Source: a bacterium (GTDB lineage: Bacteria > Patescibacteriota > Microgenomatia > JAMCZE01). From it: a stretch of 64,000 bases of DNA. A program made the position numbers and the translations under genes. The notes beneath the pieces are model-generated. The model did not search any database. It had not been told where the DNA came from and saw nothing but the letters and a program-made list of their open reading frames with translations. The stretch lies in contig JAKBJL010000003.1 in the NCBI GenBank assembly GCA_021836035.1, positions 4,135 through 68,134 of the forward strand, read 5' to 3'. Below are positions 59,196-64,000 of this stretch, piece by piece; the stretch's first letter is position 1; every line of letters begins with the position of its first letter.

Positions 59196-59783
59196 CTAAA
59201 GTTCGACTTCTTCCCAAGCTTCCTTGCCGTTTTTATCCTTACCGGTAGTTTTATATAGTTTGCTTTTTTGTTCCAGGATTCTTTCAACAAAGATTTTCCC
59301 GTTCAGGTGATCCATTTCGTGTTGAATAATAACCGCCGGGAATCCCGTGAATTGTTCTTCGGTTCTTTCTAACCGCTCGCCGCTCTCAGCTATCCGTTCG
59401 TATCTAACCTTTACCCATTTAAAGCGGCGGACCTGGCCGTAATATTTGGGTAGCGAGAGGCAGCCCTCAAGCGGCGATTTATTGTTCGTATCCTGGAGCT
59501 CTTCGCTATGGGCAATAATTTCCGGGTTGATGAAAGCCCGGATTTCTTCTTCCGGACCGGATTTTTTACCGCCTTTCCTGCCGAAGCGGGCGAGGAAAAT
59601 TTTGTAAGGAAGGCTTACCTGATTTGCTGCCAGTCCTACCCCTTCCGGATCATGCTGGTTAAGGAGAGTCTCTCGCATTTCCGCGATAATTTTCCGTAGT
59701 TCTCTGGGGGAAATTTTCTGCAAATCAACACCACGGGCCGGCTCCCGCAACCTATTGTCCGGTGATCTGATAATCTTATACAT
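59196..59783 (-). CDS. def: Peptide deformylase
   Basis: GVGLAANQ, INPEI, EGCLS, QHEMDHLNG. Confidence 0.96.
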   Translation of the reverse strand: MYKIIRSPDNRLREPARGVDLQKISPRELRKIIAEMRETLLNQHDPEGVGLAANQVSLPYKIFLARFGRKGGKKSGPEEEIRAFINPEIIAHSEELQDTNNKSPLEGCLSLPKYYGQVRRFKWVKVRYERIAESGERLERTEEQFTGFPAVIIQHEMDHLNGKIFVERILEQKSKLYKTTGKDKNGKEAWEEVEL

Positions 59784-59864
59784 CTATCATGATTATAGCA
59801 AAGCCTTATGACGGGCTGTATTTTCAAATAGACAGGGGAAGGAGATCCTGATAGGATACGGATA

Positions 59865-60776
59865 ATGGGTAAATATAGTTCCACCCGGAGAGCTTGGGAG
59901 TTAACGATGTTTATTTTAGGATTGGGGCTTGGAGCGCTGATTATTCTGTGCGCGATTGTATATTATTCCCGGCAACTTCCCGCCGGCATATTGGATTTAG
60001 ATCCCCTGGTCCGGGTTTATACTCCTCCTGGTGTAGAGCCGCTGCCGGCGACAATTTCCGGAACGGTTATTGAAGGGATTTTACCTAGAGCGGCAAAAGC
60101 AATTAAAGTCCCGATACTCCTTTATCATTATGTTGAATATAATCATGACCCCAATGATACCATTCGGATGGGCTTAACCGTTACGCCATTTTGGTTAGAG
60201 CGCCAGCTACAGTTTCTGAGAAGTAATAACTACGTGACTGTTTCCCCGGCGCAATTGGTGGCGGCGGTCAATAGTGGAAGGACCCTGCCTCCCAAATCGG
60301 TCATGCTTACCTTTGACGATGGCTACCGGGATTTTTATACCGATGCTTATCCGTTGCTGCTTAAATATAAAGCAAAAGCCACGATTTTTGTCATTCCGGG
60401 ATTTTTAGACCGACCTAATTTCATGTATACCCGGCAGTTGCAGGAAATTGCTACACAAAGTTCCGGTTTAATTACCATAGGCGCACATACGGTGCATCAT
60501 GCAGCTTTGACGTCGGAAAAGACTACCAAGGCTTGGGATGAGGTTTATGGATCTAAAGAGGGCTTGGAAAAAATTATCGGACGGAAAGTGGAGGTCTTTG
60601 CTTACCCTTACGGTTTTTTTAATCAGGAAACGATTAAGATCGTTCGCCGCAGCGGTTTTACGATAGCGATGTCCACAATTTTCGGCACGACGGAAAGCCG
60701 GGAAAATTTATTTTATCTGCCGCGGATCCGGGTAGGTAACTATGCGGGTGAACAATTCGCCGCGAGGCTGAAATAA
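59865..60776 (+). CDS. Membrane-anchored polysaccharide deacetylase (CE4)
   Basis: PILLYH, LTFDDGY, GAHTVHH, FAYPYG, LPRI. Confidence 0.9.
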   Translation: MGKYSSTRRAWELTMFILGLGLGALIILCAIVYYSRQLPAGILDLDPLVRVYTPPGVEPLPATISGTVIEGILPRAAKAIKVPILLYHYVEYNHDPNDTIRMGLTVTPFWLERQLQFLRSNNYVTVSPAQLVAAVNSGRTLPPKSVMLTFDDGYRDFYTDAYPLLLKYKAKATIFVIPGFLDRPNFMYTRQLQEIATQSSGLITIGAHTVHHAALTSEKTTKAWDEVYGSKEGLEKIIGRKVEVFAYPYGFFNQETIKIVRRSGFTIAMSTIFGTTESRENLFYLPRIRVGNYAGEQFAARLK

Positions 60777-60798
60777 ACTCTTTTTTTCGGCTATAAGA

Positions 60799-61640
60799 TT
60801 ATTTTTCTGCATAGAAAAGGATATGGCCCCCTAGGCCGCGTTTAATAGCGTCATATTCCGCGATACCTGTATCGGTATTTTCTTTAATCACAGGTAAAAT
60901 TAAATGTAATTTAGTAAGCACTATTGCTAGAGGTCGTTCCCACTTTGAGTAATTATGCATCCGCATAATAGAAGATATAGCTTCGGATGTTTTATCCCGC
61001 ATCTGGATATTTTTAAATCCAACGTAAACCAAGTCTTCCCGGAAGGAATCCCAAGTAGCTAGATTATCCAGACGAAATCCGGTATAAAAGCGGCCTAACA
61101 ACTTTTTCTCTTCTTCATTTTCAGGCAAGCGATTCAAAAATCCATCGGCCACAATTAAATGTCCGCCCCTTTTTAGTAGGCTATATGTTTCTCTAAGAAA
61201 GTCTATTTTTTTGGAGTAGCATGGCAGACACTTTCGATAGCCTATAGGACATTAAAGAAGTTATCTGCAAAAATAGTTTTGGTAAAGTCCATTTCTACAA
61301 ATTGAGTCGAATTACTCACACCGGACCTTGTTGCAAGTTGCTCGCCGTTTCGGTTTGTTTTGAGGGAAGAGTAACACCTGTTACCTGTACTTTTAAAAAA
61401 TGAGCTAATCAAATAGCGCTGCCACCGAAACCACATCCGGCCTCGAAACTATTTCTCCGGATTTATTTTTCGCAGTTTCAGCTAAAACCCGATTAGTGTT
61501 AAGAATTTCTTCCACAGCGCACCTGGTTAAGGGGCTATGGTAGCCATGGTGGAGGCCGTAGCTTTTCCCATGATAAATTAGGAAATACGAAGGCAAAGTA
61601 TAGTCGTAATAATCAGAAATAACTTTATTTTCTATTAATA
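60799..61640 (-). pseudogene. Fragmented SAM-dependent methyltransferase (sterol/tocopherol-methyltransferase-like)
   Basis: ISDYYD...GLHHGY, MDFTKT.FADNFF and LLKRGGHLIVADGF pieces in different frames; bounds approximate. Confidence 0.7.
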
Positions 61641-61999
61641 TATTCCCCGTTTTTAACAAAATATATTTTCCGGAAACGACGGTTATTTTGATAACCATGG
61701 TACATAATAATTGTAATAAGCGGAACAATAATTGCACTTAATAATCCAAAAATAATATCTTCAATTGGTAAATGGAGAAAGCGGATACCAATAATTTTTT
61801 TTGAGGACATATCATATAAACCCAAGCTATAACCAATCTCGTTTACAACAAAAACCGGGGGCATTAATAGTAATATTACTTTAACAATTAGTTTCCAATA
61901 TCTCTTAAACGAGCTCGGATGCAGAAATATGGTTATCGCCAGGGGAATAGCGCAGAAAATAATACCCAAGATAGCATAGGATAAATTATGGTTTAGCAT
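61625..61999 (-). CDS. Lycopene cyclase domain-like small membrane protein
   Basis: Three TMs; IGIRFLHLPIEDIIF motif. Confidence 0.7.
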   Translation of the reverse strand: MLNHNLSYAILGIIFCAIPLAITIFLHPSSFKRYWKLIVKVILLLMPPVFVVNEIGYSLGLYDMSSKKIIGIRFLHLPIEDIIFGLLSAIIVPLITIIMYHGYQNNRRFRKIYFVKNGEYINRK

Positions 62000-62294
62000 T
62001 TTCTAAAAATAGAAGAGTTACAAAAGTTAGTAGAAATGTAAGCATTAAAATAAATAATATTTCTTCCAAAGGAACATAAAAGATTTCAAAACCGATAAGT
62101 GGTTTAAGAAAATACCAAATTCTATTACCTATCGCTAGCGAATACCAAGGAAAGGCAAAAATTAGGCTACCTATAGCAGTTTTAAGAAATATCTTACGAT
62201 ATTTATTAAGGAAATGTTTTTTAGTAATCAATAAAAGAGATATGGGTAGACAACCAGAAAACAGCAATAACTCTAAATAACTGAAATTTGACAT
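61986..62294 (-). CDS. Lycopene cyclase domain-like small membrane protein
   Basis: SYLELL, W..LAI...IWYF, IGFEIFYVPLEEILF motif. Confidence 0.7.
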   Translation of the reverse strand: MSNFSYLELLLFSGCLPISLLLITKKHFLNKYRKIFLKTAIGSLIFAFPWYSLAIGNRIWYFLKPLIGFEIFYVPLEEILFILMLTFLLTFVTLLFLENAKP

Positions 62295-62306
62295 TAGCGG
62301 CTAATA

Positions 62307-64000
62307 TTATTTATTTTCCTCTAAAAATTTTTGGGCATCGTTATCGGGTCCGATATGCTGAAGAATATATTCCATCTGTTGCCGTGCTAAGTTTATTTTT
62401 CCCGCTTTTTGGTATAAAAGCCCTAGTTGGTAGCGGGCGTCGCGGTAATTTTCTTTCATAGCGACGGTTTCTTCCAAAGCGGTAATGGCGGCATCGTTTT
62501 GCCCTACTGCGTCTAAAAGGAGAGCGTAGTTGTAGTGTACTTTCGCGTCCGTGGGAGCCAGGCTGACGGCATGGGTGATAGCTTCCAGGGCTTGCCCGGC
62601 CATCTTCGGGTCAAGGCTGGTCAGCTGGTAAAAAACTTTAGTCCGGGTTTTCCAGAAGTTGACATTATTCGGGGAGGTGGTCACGGCGATATTGCTATTT
62701 TGAATTGCCTGATCAGCTAGCTGGGCGGAAAGTGTCGCTTGGTTTTCTTTTTGAGCCGCGGAAGCAAGAACGGCGGCGGAGTAAGAGAAATCATCACGAT
62801 ATAGCGGCTCACCCGGATTGAGGGAAATAGACTCCTGGTCTCTTCTGTAGCTTTCCACGTATTGCCCCGCTTTAGCGTAATTTTGCGCTAAAGCATAATC
62901 GGTATCCGCTTGCCACATGGTAAGAAGATTGATTTCCATATATCCTGCCAGTAGGGTGAGACCGGCGATTAGGGACCAGGAGAAGAGCCCCGGAATCGCC
63001 TGTTTAACCGGCGGGGATTTACCGAAACGAGGGTTTGGGACCATAGAGATCGCTGGCACCGGCTCTAAAAGGATTAGATAGCAGACGGCGGGTATGAGGA
63101 AAAAGAAAATGCCGATGATAACCACGGAGAAGCCAAAGAAATTAGTGATAAGTATGGTTATATAAGCGCCGAATAAAGCAAATATCAAATAGTAATTAGT
63201 GACTGGCGGCTGGTGACTCGCCTCGCTTTGCGGGCGAAGTGAACTAGTATGGTTACGGGTTTGTACATACGTATTTATTCGTAAATAATTCGTGAAAATT
63301 CGCATGGTCCAGATAGCGAAAACTAAAATAACCGCAAGATAAGTTAACATTCCTACGGAACCGGTAGTTGCGAGGAGATTAAGATATTCATTGTGTGCTT
63401 TATTGTAAAGGAAGTCCCATTCTGATAAGAGATTGTGGGCAGCTGGGCGGTCTTTATAATAAGCGTAAGCGAAAGTTTCTACTCCGGAGCCGAAGACCGG
63501 ATAGCGTTCCCAGACTTTAATCGCCCCTTCCCAAACCACCTTGCGGATATCTCCGGATTCGGAGATTTCAATTTCGGGGTTGGATACCGTGGCTGGGGCG
63601 GTTGCCGTGGCGGGTGCGGAGGAGTTTCGGGAGAACAAATTACCAAGAGTGAACTTTTCCGTCTGCGAAAAAGGCAAACCGAAAATCAAAGAAAATAGCA
63701 AAAAGAAAAAAGAAAAAAGCAGGAAAGGCTGCAGGGATCTCAGATTACGCAGGTTATTAATAATTAAAAGTCCGCCAAAAAAGGCTAAGCCGACAATTAA
63801 TCCTCCGACTCCCGAGCGGGATTTGGTAAAAAGCAGAGCGATAAAATAAATTATGGCCAGGGAGAGGTAGGTAATTTTAGAAAAATTTAAGAAGGGAACT
63901 TTTTGATCCGTCTTCTTTCTGACATCCTCCTTTTTATATTTTACATTTTCGTTTTGAACAGGCTGACTTTCATTTTTGCCTAGAAATCCGAGAGCGGCTA
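62307..64000 (-). CDS. O-antigen ligase-like membrane protein with C-terminal TPRs; start lies beyond the right edge
   Basis: Frame is open to the edge (LLFTKSRSG); RKVVWEGA...GSGVETF, KAHNEYL; TPR helices. Confidence 0.88.
   Translation of the reverse strand, partial: AALGFLGKNESQPVQNENVKYKKEDVRKKTDQKVPFLNFSKITYLSLAIIYFIALLFTKSRSGVGGLIVGLAFFGGLLIINNLRNLRSLQPFLLFSFFFLLFSLIFGLPFSQTEKFTLGNLFSRNSSAPATATAPATVSNPEIEISESGDIRKVVWEGAIKVWERYPVFGSGVETFAYAYYKDRPAAHNLLSEWDFLYNKAHNEYLNLLATTGSVGMLTYLAVILVFAIWTMRIFTNYLRINTYVQTRNHTSSLRPQSEASHQPPVTNYYLIFALFGAYITILITNFFGFSVVIIGIFFFLIPAVCYLILLEPVPAISMVPNPRFGKSPPVKQAIPGLFSWSLIAGLTLLAGYMEINLLTMWQADTDYALAQNYAKAGQYVESYRRDQESISLNPGEPLYRDDFSYSAAVLASAAQKENQATLSAQLADQAIQNSNIAVTTSPNNVNFWKTRTKVFYQLTSLDPKMAGQALEAITHAVSLAPTDAKVHYNYALLLDAVGQNDAAITALEETVAMKENYRDARYQLGLLYQKAGKINLARQQMEYILQHIGPDNDAQKFLEENK

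Noticed and set aside
1-64000. CRISPR array, prophage or rRNA
   Set aside because: No regularly spaced repeats, cas genes, phage structural genes, integrase or rRNA-like sequence recognised.

Overview
This window looks like a chromosomal segment of a Patescibacteria (CPR) bacterium, most like Microgenomates; this is inferred from gene content, the N-terminally extended L1 and frequent near-leaderless genes. It uses the standard genetic code. Housekeeping content: rpmG-secE-nusG-rplK-rplA, rplJ-rplL (about 29 kb away, with its own promoter and L10 leader), rpmB, def, fmt, murF, ddl, three tRNAs (Thr-GGT, Tyr-GTA, Thr-TGT), a glycogen cluster (two glgA, GH57, GalT-like) and envelope or glycosylation genes (two GT2, DUF2298-like, O-antigen-ligase-like TPR protein, polysaccharide deacetylase, sortase). 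The most striking accessory content is a candidate cohesin-dockerin surface assembly system. At least six secreted cargo genes or remnants end in a shortened dockerin-like tag. Four tandem membrane-anchored cohesin-like proteins follow, two of which share a near-identical 520 bp C-terminal module with a full two-loop dockerin. The window also carries many small palindromic or MITE-like elements and degenerate 7-8-mer repeats, several inserted in frame in housekeeping genes. Other oddities are a broken GIY-YIG gene and tRNA-Thr bracketed by tRNA-like palindromic repeats, a decayed RAYT, and an AT-rich lycopene-cyclase-like/methyltransferase cassette. All domain calls are by-eye motif recognition, not database searches.
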